DNA of 64,000 nt from positions 96,001-160,000 of the forward strand of contig CAVONQ010000014.1 in the NCBI GenBank assembly GCA_963697335.1, written 5' to 3'. This stretch comes from an uncultured cyanobacterium (GTDB lineage Bacteria; Cyanobacteriota; Cyanobacteriia; PCC-6307; Cyanobiaceae). The position numbers were made by a program, and so were the translations under genes. The notes under the pieces were generated by a model. The model was not told the origin of the DNA and ran no database searches. It saw nothing but the letters and a program-made list of their open reading frames with translations. Shown here piece by piece: positions 51,395-61,474 of the stretch (positions are counted from its first letter, which is position 1; every line of letters starts with the position of its first letter).

Positions 51395-51855
51395 TGGCCC
51401 TTGCCAAGAGCTGGGTGCTCACCGCCGAACTGGCGGTGGGCTCCGCCCCGCAGCACAACGAAGACCTTCAGGAGCTGTCCCGGGAGAAAGTGCGCTCCGT
51501 GCTCACCCTGTGCAGCCCCCACGAGGTGGTCCTGCCCCAGGCCCTGCTCCAGGAGTTCCACTGGGAACGGGCGGCCATGCCGGACCATCGCGCTGATCAT
51601 CCGCCCGCGCCGCATCATCTCGAGCAGGCGATCGACGCCCTGGCCCGGCTGCGGCAGCACGGCCCTGTTTATGTGCACTGCCTCGCCGGTGTGGAGCGCT
51701 CACCGCTGGTGGCGGCGGCCTGGCTGATGCGCGAACGCGGGCTCAACCGGCTGCAGGCTCTCGACTATCTGATGCAGGTCCATCCCCTCACCAATCCCAT
51801 GCCGGAACAGCTGGCGGTTCTGAGCGGCTGGGAACCCAGGGCCAGGGTGGCCTGA
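51394..51855 (+). CDS. dual-specificity protein phosphatase
   Basis: VYVHCLAGVERS (HCx5R P-loop), MPDH acid loop. Confidence 0.88.
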   Translation: MALAKSWVLTAELAVGSAPQHNEDLQELSREKVRSVLTLCSPHEVVLPQALLQEFHWERAAMPDHRADHPPAPHHLEQAIDALARLRQHGPVYVHCLAGVERSPLVAAAWLMRERGLNRLQALDYLMQVHPLTNPMPEQLAVLSGWEPRARVA

Positions 51856-52989
51856 GTGGGTATGGAACCTGAGGCCATCTATGTGACCAAGCCCCACCTC
51901 CCGCCTCTGGAAGAGGTGGTGAAGCTGCTGGAGGGGGTGTGGGACCGGCGCATTCTCACCAATGCGGGCCCGTTGCATGAGCAGCTGGAAGCAGACCTGG
52001 CCAGCCATCTGGGTGTGGAGCATCTCTCCCTCTTCGCCAATGGCACCCTGGCTCTGCTCGTGGCGCTGAAGGCCCTGCGGCTGCAGGGTGAAGTGATCAC
52101 AACCCCGTTCTCCTTCGTGGCCACCAGCGAGGCGTTGAGCTGGAACGGCTTGGAGCCGGTGTTCGCCGATATCGATCCCCGCAGTTTCGGCCTCGACCCC
52201 CGCAGCATCGAGGCCAGCATCACACCACGCACAAGTGCGATTCTGGCGGTGCATTGCTATGGCTTCCCATGTGATGTTGAGGCGATCCAGCGCATCGCTG
52301 ACGACTACAACCTGCGAGTGATCTATGACGCTGCCCATGCCTTCGGAGTGAATTGTCACTGTGGTTCGCTGCTGCAACACGGTGATCTCTCGATCATGAG
52401 TTTTCATGCCACCAAGGTGTTCACCACATTCGAGGGTGGGGCGATCGTGAGCCCCGACGCCAAAACCAAGAAGCGCATCGACAGGCTCAAGAACTTCGGC
52501 TTCGTGGATGAAATCACGGTGGCCTCCAACGGCATCAACGCCAAGATGAGTGAGTTGCACGCGGCGGTGGGCCTTGCGCAGCTGCCCGGCATCGACGACG
52601 CCATCGCCCGGCGGGCAACGGTGGCAGAAGCCTATGGCGAACTCCTCGCCGATCTATCGGGCTTGACACTGCCGGATTTCGGGCAGATGGACCGGCCAAA
52701 CTACGCCTACTACCCGGTGCTGGTGAGCGATCAGGCCCTGCTCAATCGCGACCTGCTCCTGGAGGAGATGCGGAGCCACGGCATCGTGCCGCGCCGTTAC
52801 TTCCACCCACTCATTCCTGAATTTCAGTATTACCGCAGCAATCCCAGTGCCGATCCCTGCCGCTATCCCGTGTCGGCGCGGCTGTCCGGCCAGGTGCTGT
52901 GCCTGCCCATCTATCCAGACCTCTCCAGGGCAGATGTGGAACGGATCAGCGCCGTGATCCGTGGGGCCCTCCGGGAGGAGAAGCTCTGA
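51856..52989 (+). CDS. DegT/DnrJ/EryC1/StrS aminotransferase (VioA-like)
   Basis: IYVTKPHLPPLE, LTNAGP, TTPFSFVAT, IYDAAHAFG, SFHATKVFTTFEGG, GINAKMSE. Confidence 0.92.
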   Translation: MGMEPEAIYVTKPHLPPLEEVVKLLEGVWDRRILTNAGPLHEQLEADLASHLGVEHLSLFANGTLALLVALKALRLQGEVITTPFSFVATSEALSWNGLEPVFADIDPRSFGLDPRSIEASITPRTSAILAVHCYGFPCDVEAIQRIADDYNLRVIYDAAHAFGVNCHCGSLLQHGDLSIMSFHATKVFTTFEGGAIVSPDAKTKKRIDRLKNFGFVDEITVASNGINAKMSELHAAVGLAQLPGIDDAIARRATVAEAYGELLADLSGLTLPDFGQMDRPNYAYYPVLVSDQALLNRDLLLEEMRSHGIVPRRYFHPLIPEFQYYRSNPSADPCRYPVSARLSGQVLCLPIYPDLSRADVERISAVIRGALREEKL

Positions 52990-54926
52990 TGGGGGCATTT
53001 CTGCCCAGGGTTGCCCGCGGCCTTGCCACCAGCCTCGGCATCCAGCTGAGTCAGGAGCCAGCCTCACGGCTGATCCGGCGAACCGCTCTGGAGCAGTGGA
53101 GGCTGCTGGCACTGGCCAGCATCAGCAACCTGGGCCGAGCCGCCCTGGAGGGAGCGAGCCTGGGCACGGTGTTCCTGGCGGTGGATCTACTCGGCCAGAA
53201 TCCCGCCGGAGCGGTGACCTGGCAGACCAAGCCCCTGATTTCTGGCCTGCCCGGGCTGGTGGACTGGCTGGAGAGCCTCTCGCCAGGGCGGCTGTTCCTG
53301 GGCCTGATCCTGTTGGCGGTGGGCCTCAAGCTGGCCCAGGCCCTGCTGCAATTTCTCAACAGTGTGAGCGTGGGCAGATTCACGGCCCGCTGCAAGCGCC
53401 GCATCCGTGCCCTGATCCACCACAGCATCACCGGCCTGAGCTTCGCGTGCGCCAGCGGCTACCGCGTGGGGGATCTCACCGAGTTGGCCGTTGAGGCCCC
53501 CGATACGGTGCGGCGTGAGATCGAGGCCAGCAATGCCCTGCTGATCCAGGGGTTGATGGCCCTCACCTACCTGGCCGTGCTGATCAGTCTCTCCCCCTGG
53601 CTGCTGCTGGCCGCAGGCCTGATTGTGCTGTTGGTGGTGCTGCTGCAGCAGCAGCTGCTGCCGCGCATCCGCCGCACGGCCTCACGGCTCACGGCGGCGA
53701 GTGTGGCGATCAGCAGCCGCCTCACCGAAACCATCCAGGGGTTACGGCTGCTGCACAGCCTTGGCTGGCTGGACACTGCCGATGCGGAGTTCCAGGAGCA
53801 GCTGGGGGAGCAGGAGCAGGCTCAGCGGCGTCAGGCGCTGCTGCTGGCAGTGCTGGAGCCGATCAGCGGCCTGTTGCCGCTGCTGGCCATCGCCGCCATC
53901 GCCCTGGTGAGCGTGATGGCCTTCGGCACCCGGGCCTCGGGGGTGCTGCCCAGCCTGGTGGTGTTCGTGCTGGCGTTGCAACGGCTCAACATGGCCATCA
54001 ACGGCATCGCCGGCAGCTACAGCCTGCTCAGTTCCAATGCGGCCAATCTGGAGCGGCTTAATACGTTCCTGCGGCCCGAGGGCAAGCAGTTCCGACGGTT
54101 GGGCGGCGTGCCGTTCGAGGGGTTCAGTGAGACCATCCGCCTGGAGGGGGTGGGTCTGCGCTACGGGCTGGATCGGCCCTGGGTGCTGCGCGGCATCGAT
54201 CTGGAGATTCGCCGGGGCAGCACCGTGGCGCTGGTGGGAGCCAGCGGCGCAGGCAAGAGCTCGATCGCCGATCTGCTGGCGGGCCTGTATGAGCCCAGTG
54301 AAGGGCGCATCCTGATCGACGGTGTGGATCTGCGGGAGCTGGATCTGGCCAGCTGGCAGCGCCGGCTGGGGGTGGTGAGCCAGGACACGTTTCTGTTCAA
54401 CGCCACCCTGGCGGAGAACATCGGCTTCGGCTCCCCTGGGGCGAGCCAGGCGGCGATCGCGGCGGCGGCGGCCCGCGCCCAGGCAGCTGAGTTCATCGAG
54501 GCGCTCCCTGACGGCTACCACACCCTGGTGGGCGAGCGCGGCTACCGGCTCAGCGGTGGCCAGCGACAGCGCATCTCGCTGGCACGGGCATTTTTGCGCG
54601 ATCCGGAACTGTTGATCCTCGATGAGGCCACCAGCGCCCTGGATTCCGCCAGCGAACGGCTGGTGCAGGAGGCGATCGAGGCCTTCGAGCGCGAGCACAC
54701 GGTGCTGGTGATCGCACACCGGCTGAGCACGATCGTGCGGGCCGATGAGATCATGGTTGTGGATGGCGGGCGGGTCGTCGAGCGGGGGCGGCATGGAGAC
54801 TTACTGAACCAGGAGGTCATCTACAGACGTCTCTGGACGCAGCAGGCCCATCTGCTACAGGGCACTCCAGGCCGTGATGCAGCGATTCGATCCAGACCTC
54901 AAACCAATGAACCACATCCCTGGTAA
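52989..54926 (+). CDS. ABC transporter permease/ATPase (HepA/PglK/MsbA-like flippase)
   Basis: TM domain plus GASGAGKS, VSQD, LSGGQRQR, ILDEATSALD, IAHRL. Confidence 0.92.
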   Translation: MGAFLPRVARGLATSLGIQLSQEPASRLIRRTALEQWRLLALASISNLGRAALEGASLGTVFLAVDLLGQNPAGAVTWQTKPLISGLPGLVDWLESLSPGRLFLGLILLAVGLKLAQALLQFLNSVSVGRFTARCKRRIRALIHHSITGLSFACASGYRVGDLTELAVEAPDTVRREIEASNALLIQGLMALTYLAVLISLSPWLLLAAGLIVLLVVLLQQQLLPRIRRTASRLTAASVAISSRLTETIQGLRLLHSLGWLDTADAEFQEQLGEQEQAQRRQALLLAVLEPISGLLPLLAIAAIALVSVMAFGTRASGVLPSLVVFVLALQRLNMAINGIAGSYSLLSSNAANLERLNTFLRPEGKQFRRLGGVPFEGFSETIRLEGVGLRYGLDRPWVLRGIDLEIRRGSTVALVGASGAGKSSIADLLAGLYEPSEGRILIDGVDLRELDLASWQRRLGVVSQDTFLFNATLAENIGFGSPGASQAAIAAAAARAQAAEFIEALPDGYHTLVGERGYRLSGGQRQRISLARAFLRDPELLILDEATSALDSASERLVQEAIEAFEREHTVLVIAHRLSTIVRADEIMVVDGGRVVERGRHGDLLNQEVIYRRLWTQQAHLLQGTPGRDAAIRSRPQTNEPHPW

Positions 54927-55051
54927 AAGCGCACCGGATCATCTCAAACAAGCTTAAGCCAATTGGCCCCATGCTCTTGCATTCAATGCTCATCCTACTT
55001 AACCCATCTTGCAAAGGATGGCTCCATTATCTCACTAAACACTAGTCAACA

Positions 55052-56059
55052 ATGAGAGATGTCCGCTGTGCAATCGTAGAGAGTCGAAGTTGGCCCAAGG
55101 CTGGCTCGCCAGACGAGAGCATTTATGGCTACAGGAGCTACAGGTTCTCATCATCGTGCAATCAGTACGCCATTAGCATAGACATAATATCGCCATTCTC
55201 AGAAGTCCAAAAGGGCTATCATTATTACTTTATTTCTGACGATCTATGTGACTCTGGTTTTCCAGCCTTTATTCCCTACAGGAACAGAGTCGCCCTGCTT
55301 AAAGAGTCTCCCAAGTATATCAGTCAATTACATCACGACAGGATATCCAAACTCTTTCCTCACATTTTGACAAATATTGAGTTTCTTGCTTTGCGGCATG
55401 ACAACTTCAGACTAGTTCCATTTTCATCCAATTTTCTCGGGATAGATTCTAGGCAGTCTGGATTTTCGCTTCCTTCACTTGAGGAGAAGTCAAAGCTCTG
55501 CTCAATGATTGCGAATTTAGGTCATGATTTACAGGAGGATGGCTACTCCATGAGAATGTCTATTTTTCGACTCGCCCAGAACTCAGCAGCTGTAGATATC
55601 TATGGCCGTGCTACTAGGCCCATCCACAGCAAAGCCGAGGCGCTAAGGCCCTATTGCTTCAGTGTTGCAATGGAGAACAACCGAGAGGATCTCTACTTTA
55701 CCGAAAAGATTATTGATTGCATTTTATGTGGCACTATACCCGTCTACTACGGCTGCCCTTCGATTTCACACATATTTGATTCGCGCGGAATACTATCCTT
55801 TTCGTGCAAGAAAGAATTCAATAACATCATTGGCAGCCTATCGTTTGATCTTTATCGTGATCTGAGGAGATACGTGGAATGGAATGTTAGCGAGGCATTT
55901 GCCCGACACTATGACAGCTTCGAAGGCTACCTTAAGCGTGCTATGTCTTGTCTTCTTGGCAGAGCACCATCCCCACCCACACCTTACAGGCTTCGTTACG
56001 GCATTGGCTCGAAGATAATGAGACGCTACAGACTGGTTGAATCGTTTACAGCAACATAG
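55052..56059 (+). CDS. GT10-like (alpha-1,3-fucosyltransferase family) glycosyltransferase
   Basis: K.EAL.PYCFSVAMEN....YFTEKIIDC...GTIPVYYG motif; AT-rich. Confidence 0.8.
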   Translation: MRDVRCAIVESRSWPKAGSPDESIYGYRSYRFSSSCNQYAISIDIISPFSEVQKGYHYYFISDDLCDSGFPAFIPYRNRVALLKESPKYISQLHHDRISKLFPHILTNIEFLALRHDNFRLVPFSSNFLGIDSRQSGFSLPSLEEKSKLCSMIANLGHDLQEDGYSMRMSIFRLAQNSAAVDIYGRATRPIHSKAEALRPYCFSVAMENNREDLYFTEKIIDCILCGTIPVYYGCPSISHIFDSRGILSFSCKKEFNNIIGSLSFDLYRDLRRYVEWNVSEAFARHYDSFEGYLKRAMSCLLGRAPSPPTPYRLRYGIGSKIMRRYRLVESFTAT

Positions 56060-56061
56060 AA

Positions 56062-57816
56062 TTGGCGATGATTACTAGAGCTGTCGTACTCAAGAGCCCT
56101 GGCTTTGCTGGACTTGGAGATCTGATTCTTGCTTTAGATCGAGCCCTGCAGCTAGCCCTAGCAACTGATCGGACGCTGGTGATCGATTGGCGAGATACGC
56201 CCTACAGCCGAGGCGAAAGCAACCTGGCCGACCAACTCTTTGAGCTGCATGGGGTGCACCATCTCCCGCCAATGGTACTGGCTAGAGCTACTGGAGACGT
56301 ACTGCCCGTGGCATGGCAAGGGCACCTGGATCAGCCGTTGCGACACGTGTATGCCAGCCTGCGCGCCGACAACTGGAATCGCGCTTGGGCCAGCGCCAAG
56401 CTAGATGCTGGGCTGGCCGCCCTGGATTCAGATGCCGCCTGGGTGGTGGTCTGGGACCACAGTTCTAAAGCACTGCAAGCTGCGGCATTGCGTCGCCTGG
56501 GATCTCCTGAAGCGCCGCCACTGAGCAACCACATCCTGCCCCACTCTGCACTCCAGGATGCGATCAGCACCTTCCGCCATCAGCACTTTCGCAAGCCCAT
56601 CATCGGGGTGCATCTGCGCGCGAGCAGCGAGGCGATGCGGGCAGGCAAGAGTGCCGATCTACATCAGGTTTTTCAGTGCCTCGATCAGCTGCAGGCCAGC
56701 CACCCCTGGAGCGACCTGTTTCTTGCCTCCGACAACGCCGCCGCCATCGAGGCCATGCGGGCACGCTACCCCGACGTGCTCACCCGGCCTAAATGGCTGC
56801 CCGCCATCGATACCCCCCTGCACCTGGCCGAAGGTGCCGAGCCTTCGGGCCTAGGCATCGCCCGCGACGCCCTGATCGAGCTGGCCCTTCTGGCCTCCTG
56901 CGACTGGCTGCTTCATCCGGCCCTCTCGTCGTTCAGCCTGGCCTCAGCACGTCTAGCTGATCTACAGCCTCACCAGCTTTTTCCCATTCAAAGCCCATCC
57001 CTTTATCCTGGCGCAGGGTCAAAAGCTTTCAGACCTTCCGTGAACATCATTAACTCACTGAAAAATGTATACAGACGTATCCGCTATGCGCATTCATGCC
57101 CGGTGTGCGGCGGGAGCTTTGATGCATTCACGCCAATCGATCCCAAATACCAGAGCGATCTAACGCAAGCAGGATCTGAAATTCTGTTGGATGAATTCGA
57201 AACTCTCAATACAAGCCAATATTCGTGCCCGCTTTGTGGCACAGCTGATCGGAACCGGTTAGCAGCCTTGGCATTAGCGAAGCTTCGGCCTGTCAGCCCT
57301 GAATTCCAGCTGCTCGATATCGCTCCATCGGGCATGCTCTCTGCCCACATCAAGAAAACATACAGCTGTCGTTACAGAACGGCAGACATTAACATGACAG
57401 GAGTAGACGAGAAGCTTGATATTCAAGACATGGCTGCCTACTCAACCTCCAGCTTGAATGGAATCATCTGCTCACATGTGCTTGAGCATGTTGAGAATGA
57501 CCGACTGGCGCTCGAGGAATTTTACCGAGTTCTTGATCAAAGTGGCTGGGCACTGCTGTCGGTACCGATTTATAGAGGAATATCCTCCACACTGGAAGAA
57601 GACGGGGAGCCATTGATCCCAGAAGAGCGCTGCCGGCGCTTTGGGCAAAACGACCATGCACGTCTTTATGAGAAAAACTCATTCATGACAAGACTAAAGG
57701 CAGCCGGATTTATCGTAGAGCGAATGGGCGTCGACACTTTTGGAGAACAAGCCTTCAGGCGACATGGAATTGCCCCCACAAGTGCTATCTACTTATGCAA
57801 AAAGGACGATCAATAG
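56062..57816 (+). CDS. NodZ/GT23-like fucosyltransferase joined to a class I methyltransferase
   Basis: GLGDLI...RTLVIDWR, IGVHLR, FLASDN, ALIEL.LL..CD (NodZ-like); CPVC..CPLC, ICSHVLEHV.ND..A..E..RVL, FGQ.DH.R.Y (methyltransferase). Confidence 0.75.
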   Translation: MAMITRAVVLKSPGFAGLGDLILALDRALQLALATDRTLVIDWRDTPYSRGESNLADQLFELHGVHHLPPMVLARATGDVLPVAWQGHLDQPLRHVYASLRADNWNRAWASAKLDAGLAALDSDAAWVVVWDHSSKALQAAALRRLGSPEAPPLSNHILPHSALQDAISTFRHQHFRKPIIGVHLRASSEAMRAGKSADLHQVFQCLDQLQASHPWSDLFLASDNAAAIEAMRARYPDVLTRPKWLPAIDTPLHLAEGAEPSGLGIARDALIELALLASCDWLLHPALSSFSLASARLADLQPHQLFPIQSPSLYPGAGSKAFRPSVNIINSLKNVYRRIRYAHSCPVCGGSFDAFTPIDPKYQSDLTQAGSEILLDEFETLNTSQYSCPLCGTADRNRLAALALAKLRPVSPEFQLLDIAPSGMLSAHIKKTYSCRYRTADINMTGVDEKLDIQDMAAYSTSSLNGIICSHVLEHVENDRLALEEFYRVLDQSGWALLSVPIYRGISSTLEEDGEPLIPEERCRRFGQNDHARLYEKNSFMTRLKAAGFIVERMGVDTFGEQAFRRHGIAPTSAIYLCKKDDQ

Positions 57817-58862
57817 ATGTTCTCAGGACTACACAACAGCCGAAACTGGGCATGGCCTGATGCGGGCTGGGTCTTCCGCGACCAGATGGCCGCCATTCCG
57901 GCCGAGGAGATCTCCGACCAGGCCGTGCTGGTGAGGTTACCGGCAGTTAGCGTGATCATGCTGGCCTACAACCATGCCCCCTGGCTGGAGGAGGCAGTGG
58001 AGAGCGTGATGCGGCAGCAACTGGGTGAGCCCTTCGAGCTGCTGATCGGGGAAGACCGCTCCAGCGACCACACCCTCGATCTAGCCCTCAGCCTGCAGCG
58101 ACGCTGGCCCGAACGTATCCGGGTGATTCATGCCCCAACCAACGTTGGCATGCGCGACAACGTGCTGCGCTTGCTGGTGCGGGCACGGGCGCTCAGTGAT
58201 TGCCTTCCTCGAGGGCGACGACCACTGGGTTTGCGACACGAAACTCAAACAACAGCTCGCGCTGTTGAGAGCCGATCCGCTCCCTCTCCTGCGTCGCTGG
58301 AATCACCCAGAATCGCCCCACGTCCCTGCCCCCGAACTCTGGCAAAACCGGTTCCGCGTTGCCAGATCTGCTGCGCCGCTATTCCGTTCACTTCTCGGCA
58401 CTGATGTTTCGTACCGAGCTGGCTATTCCCTATCCAAACTTCCCCGAGGGAGCCTTTGATTCGACGTTGCTTTGCCCTGCTCGCATCAAAGGGGATTGCG
58501 CCATGATCCCTAGCCTCTGTCTTACTACCGCCGCCATCCCGGCGGCTATTGGACGGGCGCCGATAGGCTCCATCGTCTGCAGATGAGCCGGGAGTGCATC
58601 GATGCCCTTGATGCCTATTTCTTCGGCCGTTTTCGACCGCGAACTCGCCGACCGAGAATTTTGGATCTACGGAATGGACTGGCAGCTGCCAGAGCGGCAG
58701 CCATGGGCACATTGGCGCCAGTCGTGGGGGATTCTGTACAGGCAGGCGCCCAGGCTTCTGGGCCGCTCGCCTCAGACGCTTCCTATTGCTCTTCTTGCGC
58801 ACCCTGCTTCAGCCGATGAGCTTCGCCATTCGTTGGCTGCGCCGCAGCTTGGCCCTAGGTAG
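57817..58862 (+). pseudogene. GT2 glycosyltransferase with multiple frameshifts
   Basis: VSVIMLAYNH, IGEDRSSD in one frame; IAFLEGDDHW..KL.QQ, VHFSALMFR, YRRHPGGYW and the C-terminal part in other frames. Confidence 0.75.
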
Positions 58863-58909
58863 CCGCCTCAGGCACCTCCTGAGCATGTCCCAGCCGTGAG
58901 TGCGCTCCC

Positions 58910-59562
58910 TTGCTGCTGTTCGGCGCCGGTGGCCATGCCCACGCGCTGCTCGCCGTGCTGCAGCGGCACGGGGGATTCACCCCTGTGGGCCTGATCGATT
59001 CCTTCCAGGTCCCAGGCACCCTGGCCCACGGGATTGCCATCCTTGGGGCCGAATGCGACGTGCCGCACTTGTGCCAGTCCCATGGGGTGCGCCATCTGCT
59101 TGTGGCCGTGGGCGACAACGGCCAGCGCCAGGCGATCACCCGCCGATTGGCCGCCTCCGTGCCGGATGCAATCTTCCCCACCCTGATCGATCCCACCGCT
59201 GTGGTGGCCGCCGATGCCCGGCTCGGTTCCGGAGTTGTGGTGATGGCCCAGGCCCATGTGGGCGCGGGCTGTGAGCTGGGCGAGGGGGTGCTGGTGAACA
59301 CCAGGGCCAGCCTGGATCACGATTCGCGCCTGGGCGCCTTCTCTAGCCTGGCCCCGGGGTGATCACCGGCGGCCGGGTGAGGCTCGGTGAACGCAGCTCC
59401 ATCGGCCTTGGCGCGATCCTGCGCGACGGCATTGAGGTCGGCGCCGACACAGTGGTGGGGGCCGGCTCTTTGGTGCTGCAGTCCATCCCTTCAGGGGTGG
59501 TGGCCTACGGCTCGCCTGCCCAGGTGATCCGCAGCCGCCAGCCCGATGAGCCCTATCTCTGA
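58910..59562 (+). pseudogene. NeuD/PglD/VioB-family sugar acetyltransferase, frameshifted
   Basis: LFGAGGHA, AVGDN..R, LIDPTA, hexapeptide repeats; break at G run 59356-59359; continues ITGGRVR..VAYGSPA. Confidence 0.8.
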
Positions 59563-59568
59563 GCCCGG

Positions 59569-60534
59569 ATGCCGATGAGCGAGCGCCTCGTTTCCACCAT
59601 CATTCCGGTGTTCAACCGCCCCGTGATGGTGCGGGCGGCCGTGGCCTCGGTGCTGGCCCAGACCCATCGGCCGATCGAGATCCTGCTGGTGGACGACGGC
59701 TCCACTGACCACACGCCCGAGGTGCTGGCCGAGCTGCAGGCCGCCCACCCCAGTGAGATCCGGGTGCTGCGCCAGGCCAATGCCGGTGCCGGCGCGGCCC
59801 GCGAAACCGGTCGCCTGGCCGCCCGCGGCGCTTTCATCCAATACCTCGACAGCGACGATCTGCTGCTACCCAACAAGTTCGCCGACCAGCTGGCGGCCCT
59901 GGAGGACCATCCCGACTGCGCCATCGCCTACGGCACCTCGCGCCACGTGCATGCCGACGGCCGGGTGCTGGAGGATCCCAGCCGCCACACAGCCGAGCAG
60001 ATCGATCACCTCTTCCCCCTGCTGCTGGTGGAGCGCTGGTGGCACACCCACACGCCGCTGTTTCGCCGCTGGATCAGTGATGCCGCCGGCCCCTGGCCAC
60101 CCTTTCGCCCGGAAGACTGGGATCTCGAGGCCCGCATGGGCGCCCTGCGGCCCCGGCTGATCCACTGCGGCAGCACTGTGTCGGTGCAGGTGGACCACGA
60201 GTCCGCCAACCGGGTGACCCGTGGACCCAGTGTGGACGCCCTGCGCGACACGGCCCGCTTCTACCCCCGGCTCTACGCCGCTGCCCTGCTGGCAGACGTG
60301 CCCTTCGAAGCCCCCCAGTGGCAGCGCTTCAGTGATGAGTGTTTCGTGCGGGCCCGGCTGCTACATCAAAGCGGCGATAAGGCTCTCGGCGATCGACTGC
60401 TGAGGCTCGCCGAACTCAGCTCCCCCGGCAGCGGCCGGATGATCCGCAGCTACGGCCTGCTGAGGCGGACGGTGGGGCCGGCGCTGGGCTCCCGTCTTGC
60501 CCATCTGGCCCGAACGGGCCACTGGCCGGCATGA
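59569..60534 (+). CDS. GT2 glycosyltransferase
   Basis: VSTIIPVFNR, VDDGSTD, N.G...AR..G, YLDSDD, EDWD. Confidence 0.9.
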   Translation: MPMSERLVSTIIPVFNRPVMVRAAVASVLAQTHRPIEILLVDDGSTDHTPEVLAELQAAHPSEIRVLRQANAGAGAARETGRLAARGAFIQYLDSDDLLLPNKFADQLAALEDHPDCAIAYGTSRHVHADGRVLEDPSRHTAEQIDHLFPLLLVERWWHTHTPLFRRWISDAAGPWPPFRPEDWDLEARMGALRPRLIHCGSTVSVQVDHESANRVTRGPSVDALRDTARFYPRLYAAALLADVPFEAPQWQRFSDECFVRARLLHQSGDKALGDRLLRLAELSSPGSGRMIRSYGLLRRTVGPALGSRLAHLARTGHWPA

Positions 60535-61474
60535 CCATTCAGCCCTTGGTGAGCGTGCTGATGCTCACCCGCAACCACGCTCCGTTTCTGGGGCAAGCCA
60601 TCGCCTCGGTGCAGGCCCAGAGCCATCCCCACTGGGAACTGCTGATCGGGGAGGACGCCTCCACCGACGCCACGGCGCAGATCGCCGCTGCCGCAGCAGC
60701 CGCCGATCCGCAGCGGATCCAGGTGGCCAGCTCACCCGAGGGCCCCCTTGGCTTCCATCGCAACTTCGCCCGGCTGCTGGAGCGCGCCGGCGGCCGCTAT
60801 GTGGCCTTTCTGGAGGGCGACGACGCCTGGATCGAGCCCTCCAAGCTGGAGCGCCAGCTGGCCCTGCTGGAGGCCGATCCGAGCCTGGCGTTCTGTGGTG
60901 GCCGCACCCGAGTGCTGGATCAGCGCCAGGCTGCGGCCGCCGGTACCGCACCAACGGAGATCGGCCCCCCACCGGGAACAGACCGCCTGGGCTTCGAGCA
61001 GCTGATTGAGGCCTACGGCTTCCACTTTTCCAGCGTGCTGATGCGACGTGAGGCAGTGGAGCTGCCGGGCTGGATCTTCCGGCAGTACTGCCTTGATCGG
61101 CCGCTCTATCTGCTGGCGGCCTGCCATGGCGATGCGGCGGTGCTCGATCAGGTGGTGTCGGTGTACCGGCTCCATGGCGGCGGGGTGTGGGCACCCCTTT
61201 CGCCGCTGCAGAAAGCCCGCCGAAGCCAGGAGCTGTTCCGCAGCTTTCGGCGCCACTTTCCTGCTCGCTACGGCCCTCGATTTCGCACCGCCCTCAGCCA
61301 CATCCTCTGGAGCTATCTGGCAGAGGCGCTCGGCGGGGTGAGCGCCGCCAGGCCCTGTTGATCCTGGCGATGGGAGTGGCCGCAGCACCACGGCTGCGGC
61401 TGCTTCGGCAGCTTCGGATCACCCTTGGCGCGCTGCGGCGCTGCCTGGTCGCCTCCGCTGCCGTGGCGCCATGA
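60531..61474 (+). CDS. GT2 glycosyltransferase (C-terminal frameshift at G run 61335-61338)
   Basis: VSVLMLTRNH, GEDASTD, AFLEGDD, YRLHGGGVW; adding one G extends the ORF to TGA 61474, overlapping the next ATG. Confidence 0.82.
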
